DNA of 63,246 bases, counting the filler, from Stramenopiles sp. TOSAG23-3 (taxonomy: Eukaryota), in NCBI GenBank assembly GCA_900128585.1. It is 13 parts of 13 records of this genome, joined end to end, with 100 filler letters (N's around TTAATTAATTAA, not from the genome) between each part and the next. Parts side by side here need not be neighbours in the genome. Positions count along the whole stretch, not along the records: positions 16,721 to 22,185 come from LT643522.1; positions 22,286 to 27,747 come from LT643523.1; positions 27,848 to 33,305 come from LT643524.1; 10 more parts are not named here. One strand, written 5' to 3'. The notes beneath the pieces are model-generated. The model did no database searches and had not been told where the DNA came from. It saw nothing but the letters and a program-made list of their open reading frames with translations. Below, one piece after another: positions 21,157 to 32,885 of this stretch. Every line of letters begins with the position of its first letter. Within the stretch, counting starts at the first letter, position 1. Position numbers and translations under genes: made by a program.

Positions 21157-21389
21157 ACCGCCATTACTAAATACAAAATTCATAAGCTTATAAATTCCTC
21201 GAACCAATAAATATATATTGCGCGCATTGCAATTTTTTGTCGTTTGTATCTTTTTGGTATTTATTAATAAAAAAAAAAAAACACAATCACAACCACACCA
21301 CCACCACCCACAGGACCACAACACAGAGAAAAAAAGAAGAAGAAAAAAAAAAGTAGAGCAACAAAAGAATATTGTTGTAGTAATAAATA
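21157..21389. promoter_or_regulatory. Duplicated upstream module, copy B
   Basis: Direct repeat of 19514-19866 with shorter microsatellite tracts. Confidence 0.7.
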
Positions 21390-21778
21390 TGGGTTCAGCG
21401 AATCAGGTAACGATGANNNNNNNNNNNNNNNNNNNNNNNNNNNNNNNNNNNNNNNNNNNNNNNNNNNNNNNNNNNNNNNNNNNNNNATATAGATCATTAT
21501 TATAATATTACCGTATATCAAAGCAGCACGATAAAAAATAACCAAAAATATAATAAATAAGAAAGAAGAAGATTTTATTATATTATTATTATTTATTTTT
21601 TTACTGTGGCTTTATTTATTAGACTAACTATTAATATATATTTTCTAATATAAAAGAAAAAGATTTAATAATGCTATTTCAATATTATTTACATTCTATA
21701 CTGTTTTCATATTATATGGTAGTGTATTATATGATGGGTTCAGAAGCGTTATTACCAACACGACGGTCGTGTTTCGTC

Positions 21779-22185
21779 TTAATCAATATCATACCGGTCC
21801 CTATCTTTCCTTCGTTTGGGTGAAACAACATGTAGTTGAATCATATCTCTGGGAACTTTGCTTTCATCGGAGCCGTCATTGTATTCAATATCGAATGTCC
21901 CATTCGATCGAACCTTTGAGATTGTACCAGGAAACCACTTTTTGCCTCCCATAAACCGAGCTTTCACCGCTGTTCCCTCAGATAATGTCTCGTCTTCGCT
22001 ATCAGTGCGGTCTCGACCGCCCCTACCTATGGACTTTGACTTCATTTGGCTCTTTTTAACGCCTGATTTTCTCTCTCCATCCTCAAATTTGATGTCATAC
22101 GTTCCGTCACGGTTTACTCGAGTAATTTCACCACCGTAATATTTTGTCCATCCACCAACCTTTGCTTCGACTTTATCTCCACGGC
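21779..22185 (-). CDS. 3' fragment of Tudor/Agenet-like repeat protein
   Basis: Open from the contig edge: GDKVEAKVGGWTKYYGGEITRVNRDGTYDIKFEDGE and GTAVKARFMGGKKWFPGTISKVRSNGTFDIEYNDG. Confidence 0.85.
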
Positions 22186-22285
22186 NNNNNNNNNNNNNNN
22201 NNNNNNNNNNNNNNNNNNNNNNNNNNNNNTTAATTAATTAANNNNNNNNNNNNNNNNNNNNNNNNNNNNNNNNNNNNNNNNNNNN

Positions 22286-23181
22286 GCAGTCATAAAAAAT
22301 TGAAACAAAGCCAGCAGGGGGGCTCGGAGGCTGACGATTGATGTCTCGACTATCAGTATGGGCGCACTGTGCGTTACCATTCCCACGCCAAACCCAGACA
22401 CGCTCTTGCCAGCGAAAAGAAGGTTTGAGAGTGCATTGGCATCGCTTGCGGTATACCCCAACAGCAAGCCCCCAATACAAATGAATAACAAGCCTATTAC
22501 GGTCGAAATTTTTCGGCCGTGCCGACTGCTAAATTTTGCCGCAAACAAGCTTCCAAACACGGCAGAAATCTGCACCATCTGGCCTATTTGCCACAACATC
22601 TTATCGCGCTTAACGGAAGGATCCCCTAATCCAAACGACTGAATGCCGTCCGCCACCTCAGTTTCGCCCAAATCGTGCGAGGGGTGCCCTGAACTGTTGG
22701 TGTGCACCGGGACAGGGTGGCACAGGTACGGGAGCTCAAACTCTTTCACACCTTTCGTGTTTCCCCCACAAAAAACCCCGGCTATATTCCCTAGCATCAG
22801 GCCTACGCTTAGCCCTGCGAACATAGGCGTTAATGAGAGAAGGAAAAAATCTTTGCAGCTAGCCTTATCTTCGCGCACAATGTCAAAGTACATTCCGTTG
22901 TTTGAAAACAGTGACCCAAGACGGACCAGCGGCCGAGACAGACTTCCGTTCCGTCCCCTATAAGTGGTCGGGGTCCCCGAAGTGGGGGACGCATTCGGCT
23001 TACTGTTGACTAAATTGACATCAGACAATTTGCTGAACGCAAAGTCCGACCCTTTTTCTAATTTCAAGTCCTCTTTCGAAACTGGAGACGACCGGCCCGG
23101 TCCCGGCCCCCATGAAGAAGTGTACTTGGAGTAGTCGATATTATTGTCTACATACGACGTTCTCAACGGCGACGACGACAT
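22286..23181 (-). CDS. MFS sugar-porter family transporter (3' truncated)
   Basis: FSSRHGRK loop motif, GKSVSGFGVG, PILIVETSIVSLRA..FQF. Confidence 0.85.
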
Positions 23182-23774
23182 TTCGCCCACCACTGCTTTC
23201 TACAGAACGATGTCAGCTCAACAACAAAACGTGCAAAAAAACTGGACGTTTGAACCACACAAGAGTCCCTGTAATCTAAGGAAAAGGCTTCTTATTCTAG
23301 CTAACGTCGATGAAGTAATTTAAGTAAGGTGTGATCAATTGTTCTTTCGTACTAATCCAATTAATTCAAATTGCTGCATTTAATAATTCGAATTCATTCA
23401 ATTATCTGAACAACTACTCACTCCGTGCCTACTACTGGTACCGTATTAATAATACCTGGTATAATAATACCTGGACCGGTAGCCCAGTAGTACACCCAAT
23501 CTTTTATCTACTATTCTAAATTCATGATTATGATGCTATGCTGTATGATGTATGATGATATAAAATAATCTCACTCACAAATTGATTTTTTCAAACTTAG
23601 ATTATTATTTTTGTTATGGCATGCTACCTCGTCGTGATGATACTGTGTCTTGTATTTTATTTTTTAGTTGCTGTTTTAACACCTATCAGTACTTTACAGT
23701 ATTTTATAACTACGAGGAAAGAATTATTTTTATTGTATAAGATTTTAGTGAAGCAAACTTACAAAACAGGTTTT

Positions 23775-26700
23775 TCAAAGATTGTCGTAATAACTCGTTT
23801 GTTTTGGGGGGATGCCCTGGTGCTGCAAGTGAGTATAGGCCAACTGGTTTGGAATTGTTTTTTGGCCAGGAAAATAGCTCTCAGTTTCGGCTTGAGCACT
23901 GCTTCGCTCTCCACTACAGCTGTTCCAAAAAATATCACAATTTTCAAGGTCGGGGGATTGGACGTAGCTCGGGGACCTGTACGCGGAGCCCATGTACGCT
24001 GAATTGTTACGAACCAAGCACTTTCGCATGCGTATTAGCTCTGTGGAGTAGATGGCACCACCAGACCGAGATGCTGAATTGTTGTAAATGGTGCTGTCTT
24101 TGACCATAAAGTACGTCCCGTGGTTGGAAAAAGCCCCCCCGCGACCGTGCCCGACAGCCCCACTTTCTCCGTGACGATCCATGAGTCCCCCCCTGCGCAA
24201 CGTTGTGCTGAATGAGCGCCCCTATAATTGTCAATGAACCCCAGTTTACTACCGCCCCACCGAACGCATCCCCTCTCGAATTCGTCGCAACGTTCTTTTC
24301 AAAGCCTCCCCCGAACATCTCAACGAACCCCCCCCTTGCTACGAATACCGCACCACCGGAAGCTTTCGCCTCGTACGTGTGTGCACGGACTATGTTTGAG
24401 AAAAACTTGGTGTTTGACATAAATGCGCTTCCTCCCCCGAGTATAGTCATTGCCCCGCCCGCATTTGTAAGCCCTCCGTTGTCCTGAAAAACGACGCTGT
24501 TCAACCGCAACGTCGCTCCCTGCCTTACTGCGATACAACTACTAACGCACTTGCTAAACATGATGCGGTTGAAGGTGACGCTTTGCCCAATGGGAGTTGC
24601 TACAGTGACCAGCGCCTCCAGAAAATCTTTTCCAAACTTGTTTCCTGCCAACACTTCCGTCATTTCTGTCGCCCCGCTTGTGCTGCCATTAACCACTATG
24701 CTCCTGGATTCTGCGATCACGAGCGGTTGCAACAGGGTCGTCGTGCTTATGTTCACAAATTGCCCAAAGACAGATTGGGTTCCATCAATCAGCCCCATTT
24801 GTACGACAGCACAACGAAGTGTTTTCTCGTGCTTCTCGTGCGCGCTTGCGGTGTAGGTAACATGTAAAGCGTATTTCCATGGTTCCATGTTTTTTTGCTG
24901 GGCCGTGAAGACAAAACCCGTGGTAGACACAGACTTTACGGCAAAATTGAATTTTTGCGACAAGTGGCTCTGGGTAGACGCCACTTGAATCGACTCTATG
25001 TATGGGGCGTTTAAAAATGGGCTTTCAAAGTTGACAGTAACCTGTTTTTCATCCCCATCCAAGGAGACCCCGGCCATTATCGTCTTAATTTTTGTATTGA
25101 CAAACTTCTCCAACCGATCGCAAGAATAATCGCTCGTTGCTTCTGTGTCTAGGTCGGTACGGATAGCAATTACCACCGTGTTTGGTTTCGGGAGAGGCTG
25201 CGTCTTCCCGTTGTCGAACGGTGGGGGTGCCACGCCTGGGTAGGTAAAATTCAACCATGGCAAGTACGCTGGGGGTGGGTTCGACGTGCAAGAGGGGTAG
25301 ACTTGCGGGTAGTTTCCCGGACCGTAACACCCGACCACGTATGGGAAAGTCGTGCGCGCAAAATACCCATACACATCTACGTTTTTGTCATCGTCGACAT
25401 CAAAATGGACGCCGTTGCAAACATCGTGGCCCGACGTCGCTTCAGTCCCATCTTTGTAGTACGGACCGAATATCATATGCCCATCTTTTGCCAAGCCAAT
25501 GACCATTTCTGTGTTTCGGGCGGGGGCCGACGGTCCCTGCTGCCCTTTCTTCTGTGCTTCCACTGGCGCCGACTTTGGTTTGCGCGTGCCAAGCGGAGAC
25601 TCATTCTGTGCAATTTTGTTTTCAATGTCTTTCTCTGCCACGCAGCTGCTGTTTCCTCCACAAACGCCGCATACATCGAGCGTTTTCCCACTATTAACAA
25701 CCCCATCGCAGCCGGTGCAAGTGGAGTTGTCTCCAAAACATTCCCCACAAAAGTCTTTGTTCAGGTTTGAGCCCCCGCATACTCCGCAATCGTCGAACGA
25801 GCTAGAACTTCCCGTTATACCATCACACCCTATGGCAAACAGCTCCGTGGCGCCAGGATCATGTATGCGTATTTCCCCTTGTATGTTGATCCCGTGCTTT
25901 GTGCAGCGGTACATAAGTGTGGGGGGGGGCGTCCAACGGGACGTCAAACACTATCGTTCCATGATCTACCCCTGAGTACCCACTGTCCCCGTACGATTTG
26001 CGGGTTACGGTTACGCCTTTCGTGTACGCCGTGCCCGCCGTGCCTACTGCATCATAATATACCCCAATGCGCTGGGGGTTGTTTGTGTACTGAATCATGA
26101 AGGGGTGCGCATGAGTCAGGACTTCGAATATGTACGACTGGCCCCGCTCTAGCGTCAAGGTAGGGTTAGCTGCGGCCCCCGAAATGGTATACGAGGGAAT
26201 TAATTCGCGGGTATTAACTCTGACGAAAAATTTTGGCATACCTATGTACGGGGACTCCTCCAAGGACAAGAGCCTCCTGCCCCTTGCGCCATTGCGCCGA
26301 TGGTGTAGGCTTAGACGCCGATAGTGATATACCAGGTTGTTCGCTCCTTTATAGTCGAGACCCGAGTGATGTGTCTCGTACTGCGTCTTTTCAGATCTTC
26401 TGCTGGAGTGGGTGAGAGACAAGTATTCATCCATCGCGTGCCTGGTTCGATTTTGGCACCCTTCGTACCCGTCGTCTGAGAAACTGCACAGGTACCTCGC
26501 ATTGTCCGGGTGCGCCACATCGTGTGTTGTTGTATTGTCCCGGCGATCGTGAATGCAAACAGGGATCATTGGGTAACTGTACATGCCGTTCGGGGTCACG
26601 TACCCAAGGCAAGAATCGATTGGTTCTTCTACCCTCTCCCTCGTCGTGCCACCCCACATATCCGTGTTTGCTCCGTCAAGTGACGATATGTAAGGGACAC

Positions 26701-27298
26701 CGTTCAGTGCGATGCCAACAATTTTGTTTAAATTTTCATCCGGTGCTACAGGAAACTTCATCGGCTCGTTGTATGCATACCTTTTGTAAGCACTGCTTTC
26801 TGAAAGGGCAGCATCCGAGACGGTCGTAGAGTTACACAACAGAGCATCGATGTCGCTTTGCGTCGTCGGTGAAAGCCGGACCTCAGTCCCAACGTGTGTG
26901 TTAAAATCTACTTCAAAATCTATGTCAACGTCCCTTGGGGAAACAGCGGGGCTGTAATAGCAGTGATCAGGCCGACCGTTTGACTGTATACGGATTTTTG
27001 TTGTTCCGCCCCTTTCTGTGTCCATGCGGCAGGTTACGCAAAGTCGCCTTTCCCAAGTGCAAAGGAACCCCGCGTTAATACCCCCGCACTGCCCGACATC
27101 GTTGCACGTGACTGTTTCGCTCGGTATACTCTTCACCGAATCCGCAGCTGTCGTAGCACTGTTGCAGGTGTTCCGAAACATTTTTGCTACTGCAAGGCAC
27201 GTGGACATGGAGTGGTCATACCCGTGTGCTGCGTGTGACAAAACAGACAAGAAAAACGCACAATACAGAAGACCAGTTAGCACCGAGACGAGAGACAT
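23775..27298 (-). pseudogene. Large secreted mosaic protein (split YHYH-like domain, cupredoxin-like insert, DxCGVCGG repeats, H-lectin-like, PMP repeats) with two frameshifts; pseudogene or assembly error
   Basis: Three overlapping ORFs (25859-27298, 24007-25947, 23775-24200) join into ~1173 aa if one base is removed from G9 at 25921-25929 and one from C7 at 24187-24193. This restores GTIVFDVPLDAPPTLMYRCTKH and NVAQGGLM..GRGGAFSN. Confidence 0.75.
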
Positions 27299-27847
27299 TT
27301 TGGAACGTTTCTGCTCAAGAGATCCGGCTAACGCAAACGAACGTGCTAAATATTGTTGCCTCTTGTCTTGAAAGGGAACAAAAGTCGTTGGTACTAAACT
27401 TTATGTTGACGTTGATCCTCGGGTCGTAGCAAGGTATATAGATTCAATAGAAATCCCATTCTGTTTCTTTCTGTACTACTCCTACTACACTTGCTGCTGC
27501 TGTATTTTTTTTCAACTGCTGCATATAAGTACCAAATATAATAGCATATACACAGGCGCACAAAAAATAACGTTTTCTTGTTGTTTGGTGTGTGTTTGTG
27601 GTTCGTTGTTTTCACTTCCTTCTTCTTTTCTTTCTTTTCCATCTTTTTCCGGCCAATCACAATGTGTAATTGGTAATGATAGGGTCGATTGTATTTATAA
27701 TTGTTATAATATACGTACTCTCTATAATAATATTAATTTCCTCTACANNNNNNNNNNNNNNNNNNNNNNNNNNNNNNNNNNNNNNNNNNNNTTAATTAAT
27801 TAANNNNNNNNNNNNNNNNNNNNNNNNNNNNNNNNNNNNNNNNNNNN

Positions 27848-27849
27848 GA

Positions 27850-27921
<72 letters not shown>

Positions 27922-27940
27922 ACAAACAAACAAACAAACA
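27848..27940. repeat. (GAAA)n followed by (CAAA)n microsatellite
   Basis: Read directly; starts at the contig edge. Confidence 0.95.
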
Positions 27941-28213
27941 AAGAGAAAAAGAGAAAAAGAGAAAAAGGAAGGAGGAAGAAGAATTATTTTATTATTATTA
28001 TTATTTTTTATTATTCTTCGCGAATGCAGCACCGGAGGATTACCACAGAAAAACTATTTAATTGAAATCAACTATAAAACTATACACATCAAAGAATAGG
28101 CCAGATATATGCAAAAAACAAAATCAAATGAGCAGGGCAGGCAATTTAGTCTAGTTTATTTCTGAGTGCAGTGTGTGTGTGTGTGCTCGTGTGTGCGTGT
28201 ATTGTTTGAAAAC

Positions 28214-29344
28214 ATGGAGGGGTCGAGTCGCCAAGACGAACAAAATAGAAAGAGGGAGTTGTCGGAAGCTGATCGTGTGGCACGGAACGATGCCAAAAAG
28301 GCGAGAAGAAAGAAATGGAAAGAGGGGCAACGCCGCCTGACAGAACCCATTGAAATGAACGGTCTGCGTTACTTTTACCCGTGTGTCGGGGGGAAAAAGA
28401 AGGCCAGGCGTATTGCCGTAGACTACCCCATGTCGTCGAAAGAAATTCCAATTATATTTCGCAACGATCGTATAATAGTTATCAGCAAGACTGCGCCCCT
28501 GGCGTCGATAAAGACCGTAGGGTACGGTCGAAGTAATGTCCGTTCTGCAGTTAAGCGACAGTTAGATCTGCACGGTCGTTTCAATTTGATCCATCGGTTG
28601 GACGTTTGCACGACAGGCATTATGATTACGTCGACCGACAAGAAAGCAACGGCCGAAATAGGCACTTTGATAGCGCAGCGAAAGGTCATGAAAATTTACC
28701 TGGCGCGAGTCAGTGGTCGGTTTCCAGAAGGGAAGATTGTGACTTGCAGCATGAAAGTGGATGGCAAGGACGCTTTCACGTCCTTCTTGGGGGTTAAGGA
28801 AGCGAACAGCTGTGGCCAAGACCCATCAAGCCTGGTCATAGCGTTTCCAAAAACAGGCAGAAAACACCAAATCCGAATACACCTCAAAGCCCTAGGGCAC
28901 CCGATTGCGAACGATCCTTTGCATGGGCGTCATGACAAGAGGCAGTCGCAAGACCCGTACAAAGATGACGACGAAAACCGATTGCTAAACATGCTGCTTC
29001 ATGCTCGTGAAAAGTATAGTTCTCTGGAGGGAGTGAGCTTTGAAGAGTTGGACAATCACATTCTTGCATTTAAATCGAGGAAATGCAATGGGGCTAGCGC
29101 GGAGGACGTGCGAGGACCCTGGGGCTATTGTACCCGTTCCATTTTTTTACATGCATGGATATATGCTGGTGAGGGGATGCTGGAGGGGGCGGAGGATAAA
29201 AAAAAATGGGCATTTTGCGCCGAACCGCCCCCGTGGGGTAGTTTTACTTTGCAGTACACAGAGAAAGAGATGGTTGAGCGCTTGGGCGTGGAGAAAGCGG
29301 CAGCCGCCCTGGTGTGCTCTAATGTACCGAAAATCCCACAGTAA
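28214..29344 (+). CDS. RluA-family pseudouridine synthase
   Basis: LIHRLDVCTTGI (catalytic Asp), KIYLARVSG, PKTGRKHQIRIHLKALGHPIANDPLHG, IFLHAW. Confidence 0.93.
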   Translation: MEGSSRQDEQNRKRELSEADRVARNDAKKARRKKWKEGQRRLTEPIEMNGLRYFYPCVGGKKKARRIAVDYPMSSKEIPIIFRNDRIIVISKTAPLASIKTVGYGRSNVRSAVKRQLDLHGRFNLIHRLDVCTTGIMITSTDKKATAEIGTLIAQRKVMKIYLARVSGRFPEGKIVTCSMKVDGKDAFTSFLGVKEANSCGQDPSSLVIAFPKTGRKHQIRIHLKALGHPIANDPLHGRHDKRQSQDPYKDDDENRLLNMLLHAREKYSSLEGVSFEELDNHILAFKSRKCNGASAEDVRGPWGYCTRSIFLHAWIYAGEGMLEGAEDKKKWAFCAEPPPWGSFTLQYTEKEMVERLGVEKAAAALVCSNVPKIPQ

Positions 29345-29546
29345 TTATCATATATATTTATCGTGCAATTTACGAATTATAACTTTAGTGACAGATTAAA
29401 GGTATCATATGATATGATACTAACATATAATATGACCTAAACTTCATTTAATGAGAACTTTAGCTTTTGGTTTGAATAAGAATTATCCCATAATAAACCT
29501 GCGAGTACACACGGTATTCGAACAACGTGTGTGCGTGTCAAACCGT

Positions 29547-32500
29547 CTAATAATTCACCATTGATTGCGCGACTGTGCTAGCCTTTTGTACCAAACGGTC
29601 CAACTCTTCAAAGTTTAGGGACAGCTCAGATGCCTTCACTAGTGTCTTGCCTAATTTAGGATTGTGCATTTGCTCACGCAAATGGTTTGCCAATGGGATA
29701 AAATGGTCGATGATCAAACGTTTGAGAGCTTCCGTGTCTTTGGCGTGAGTCCTTGAGTTGTCGTCGTACAAATTCGTTTCGTTCTCTTCGACCCATTGCT
29801 CTGGGACATACACGTACTTGAAACGCGCGATGCGGCACAGCGACACGCTAAAAGATTCGAACGTCATCCTGTGCGGTTCTGTGCGAAGCTGCAGGTTGAC
29901 GCGGCTATACACCATGTTCAATGTCGCCACGTCAATAGGCAATCTGACATTTTTTGAAGTGTGGTCTACCAGCCGAGCCGCCCTTAATGCTCTCATAAAC
30001 TTCTGCAGCGTCAATATACCATGGGCTTCCCCGTCCTGCGGTTTTGTGGCAAAATGGTCGTACACCTCGCAAACCATTTCTATCACGTCTTGCCCCGAGG
30101 TGCCCGCGCTTTCTATCAGCTGGAAATCTTCCATTTCTCTATCCGGTCCTGCAACATCGCTTCCAGCGGTCGGCGCGACCGTGTCGCCCAGGGCCTGTTC
30201 ACCACCATTCGGCCGTTCGGCATCAGGCTGGCCTCTTGTTGACTCGCTGTTGCCTCGGCTGCGCCGTTCTGCACGGCCGTTGCTTTGCTTCAGGGCACCA
30301 GGGAGCCCGCGTGGGGATAAATTTGGACTTTCTTCTTGCAGACGCTCGATCATCTCTTGCCGCTCTAATTTCAGAGCCATTGCCCTGTGCTTTTCTTGGA
30401 ACGAGTGGTACCTTTTGCGCAAGCTCTTGAAGCGCTTGCCCCCCGGGTCAATCCTAAACATTATGCGATAAATTGCGTCTATTTCGCTGCTGTTATCGTC
30501 CTCGACTTGTAACTGTCCCCTGTACGCCATCGTTCCACACAGTATCAAAGCGAACAAAAAGCTTTTGAAGCTAAGATGTTCGCGCAGCTCCTTCGCCCCG
30601 TCGACGGACGTTTGAAACACATTTTCAAGGGCTACGCGGCTCAACAAATGCCCCAATATCCTGTACTTTGCGGCAAACTTAAAAAACTCTTGGCGACCCA
30701 TAAAATACTGAAGCTTGGAGTCTGGAACAATGCTCCGGTGTTGAATATCGCGAGAAGCGTGCGATTCAAAAATTTGTCGCAAACTATCCTGGTACTTCAC
30801 CAGGAGGCCCATTGGCCCTTCGTCTTCGTCCGTATCGTCCCATATATCGTTGTCTAGATCTTCTATTTTACTAACTTTCTCCGCCTCTCCATATGTGCCT
30901 TCGACGCTGGCCAGCTCCCTGTCGACCGTATCAAGTATTGCTTGGTGCGGGTGACTGGACAGTTCCAGTGTTTCGATGGGAGTCATCGGGTTTATTGGGG
31001 TCGGCGTCCGAGGGGGGTAAACTACCGTTGTCCTCCCACCCTCCTCGTGCCGCTGCAACAGGGGAAATAAAAAACCGTGCCACAGCTGCGACATCCAAAT
31101 TGCCTCCTGCCGTTGGACTGCAAGGGAGTTGTCGTCCAAGTTTTGGCTGCGGTTGTACTTTTTCCTCGCCAACTCTTTCACGCAGTTTAAAAACTCAGTG
31201 AACCTCAAGCGTTTCCTTGTTGGGGTGCTCTCCTCGACTGAGCCCTGGTTGTCCCCGAATGAATTCTTTCGCAAATTCTTTGACGTTGCTCTACGAAAGA
31301 CAATGTCGACCTGGGCTGCAGTCAACTTCGTGTCCATCGCCTTGCTATCCCTTAGCATACGCATGAACCGTAGGGAAGACAGGGTTTTCGGTGTTTCCAT
31401 GATATGATCTTCGGACTTCTCCAACGCAAAAACGAGGCCGCCTCGCTTCCGATCCGACTTTCGTATGTGCTGCTTCGTCGCGTATATCGAAAACAGCCTC
31501 TCCATCTTCTGAAGGTCTACCGGGGCGGGGTCGACAATGTCCGTGTTATCGGCTCCCTCGATGTCGGGCGTTGCGGGGCCCGCGCCAAGGTCGTCCGGTG
31601 ACGGAAAGCTCAAGTTCACGCCCTGTATTAAAGTGTCGTTGTTCCTATTATCCGCATCATCCCCATACAGTACGGACGATTCGGGGTTCGCTTGTGGCGC
31701 CAGCTCGCCGCTGGCGGTGTCTCTAAATATAGAATTTGCAGCGCCCTGGGTTACGCCCATTACCCCCACCATTCCTGGCGTCGACGGCACCGTCGAGATA
31801 AACGTCGAATCGACTTGCGCCATGGAATCGTTCATGCCCCTGCTGCTTGCAGGCGATGCCATGCCAGCGTTTCCCCTTTCCACACGAGCACTGTGCGCGC
31901 TCCTGTGTTTCAGCTGCTCCACAGTGTCTTGCAGCTTCGCGTAATCTTCCACGATTGCCATGGTTGCGTCCTCCTGTGACGTCAACTTGATCGTCAACTG
32001 CTCAATAAGAAGATCCCGTGCTTCCAATTCCTCTTCCAAGAACGCCCTTTCTTTCATTCGCTCCAACGCAATAATTTCGGTGTCGTCGTTGGTGGCACTA
32101 TTTGCACGCCACTGGTAGAAAGTGGCCTCCATGGATTTCTGCTTCAAAAGCTGAGTTTGGCGTTTTACCAAGAGCAACAACGCGCCCGGCTCGGCCTGGC
32201 TTGCTGGGGTAGAGGCAGCTTCACCCTCTCCGCTAGGCGTAGAAGCAGACCCCGCCCCGGGTCTAGAGCCTTGTTGCGGTGCGCCACTGGGCTTTGCATC
32301 ACCGTTCGGCCTCGGCTCGTTGCTGGCGCTGGCAGCAATTGACCGCGCAGCTTCCGCTTCCCCCGCCTCCTTTAGCAGCCTGGCCGTTTCCGCCTCCTTT
32401 TGCAGCCTGGCCGTTTCCGCCACCTTTTGTAGCCTGGCCGTTTCCGCCACCTTTTGCAGCCTGGCCGTTTCCGCCTCCTTTTGCAACTTGGCCGTCTCAG

Positions 32501-32885
32501 CCTCTTTTTTTTTCGCCAGCATTACTTTCTTCTCCAAATCCTGCTTCTTGCGCTCCTTTTCTTTCGCCAACCGCTCTTCTTTTGATTTTCGTGACTTTTC
32601 TTCTTCGGATTTTTTTTTCAAGTCAAGGAAACGTTCTTTATAAATTTTATCAGCAGGGTGCTCCCATATTGTATCCCCAGTTTTTCTATTCACGTAATAG
32701 TGTTGGTCTTTGCCAAAAGTCCTTGATATCCATCCAGCCGGAAGCTCGGCGTTTAAGCTCTCCTTTGCTAACCATAGAAACTCCCGGTCCGTTTCTAGAT
32801 CCATTCCCAAATGCTTTGCTTGCTTTTCTATCGCGTGTTGCATCGGGCCAGACTCTTGTCCCAAGTCAGTGGCAGAGCCCGACAT
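29547..32885 (-). CDS. CEP164-like N-terminal WW module + coiled coil + three p25-alpha/TPPP-like domains
   Basis: AKHLGMDLETDREFLWLAKESLNAELPAGW..YYVNRKTGDTIWEHPAD; RFMRMLRDSKAMDTKLTAAQVDIVF..FTEFLNCVKELARKKY and two further similar units. Confidence 0.85.
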   Translation of the reverse strand: MSGSATDLGQESGPMQHAIEKQAKHLGMDLETDREFLWLAKESLNAELPAGWISRTFGKDQHYYVNRKTGDTIWEHPADKIYKERFLDLKKKSEEEKSRKSKEERLAKEKERKKQDLEKKVMLAKKKEAETAKLQKEAETARLQKVAETARLQKVAETARLQKEAETARLLKEAGEAEAARSIAASASNEPRPNGDAKPSGAPQQGSRPGAGSASTPSGEGEAASTPASQAEPGALLLLVKRQTQLLKQKSMEATFYQWRANSATNDDTEIIALERMKERAFLEEELEARDLLIEQLTIKLTSQEDATMAIVEDYAKLQDTVEQLKHRSAHSARVERGNAGMASPASSRGMNDSMAQVDSTFISTVPSTPGMVGVMGVTQGAANSIFRDTASGELAPQANPESSVLYGDDADNRNNDTLIQGVNLSFPSPDDLGAGPATPDIEGADNTDIVDPAPVDLQKMERLFSIYATKQHIRKSDRKRGGLVFALEKSEDHIMETPKTLSSLRFMRMLRDSKAMDTKLTAAQVDIVFRRATSKNLRKNSFGDNQGSVEESTPTRKRLRFTEFLNCVKELARKKYNRSQNLDDNSLAVQRQEAIWMSQLWHGFLFPLLQRHEEGGRTTVVYPPRTPTPINPMTPIETLELSSHPHQAILDTVDRELASVEGTYGEAEKVSKIEDLDNDIWDDTDEDEGPMGLLVKYQDSLRQIFESHASRDIQHRSIVPDSKLQYFMGRQEFFKFAAKYRILGHLLSRVALENVFQTSVDGAKELREHLSFKSFLFALILCGTMAYRGQLQVEDDNSSEIDAIYRIMFRIDPGGKRFKSLRKRYHSFQEKHRAMALKLERQEMIERLQEESPNLSPRGLPGALKQSNGRAERRSRGNSESTRGQPDAERPNGGEQALGDTVAPTAGSDVAGPDREMEDFQLIESAGTSGQDVIEMVCEVYDHFATKPQDGEAHGILTLQKFMRALRAARLVDHTSKNVRLPIDVATLNMVYSRVNLQLRTEPHRMTFESFSVSLCRIARFKYVYVPEQWVEENETNLYDDNSRTHAKDTEALKRLIIDHFIPLANHLREQMHNPKLGKTLVKASELSLNFEELDRLVQKASTVAQSMVNY
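32364..32498 (-). repeat. Coding 27-bp tandem repeat x5 (AETARLQK[E/V])
   Basis: Unit CGCC[TC/AC]CTTTTGCAGCCTGGCCGTTTC read directly. Confidence 0.95.
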
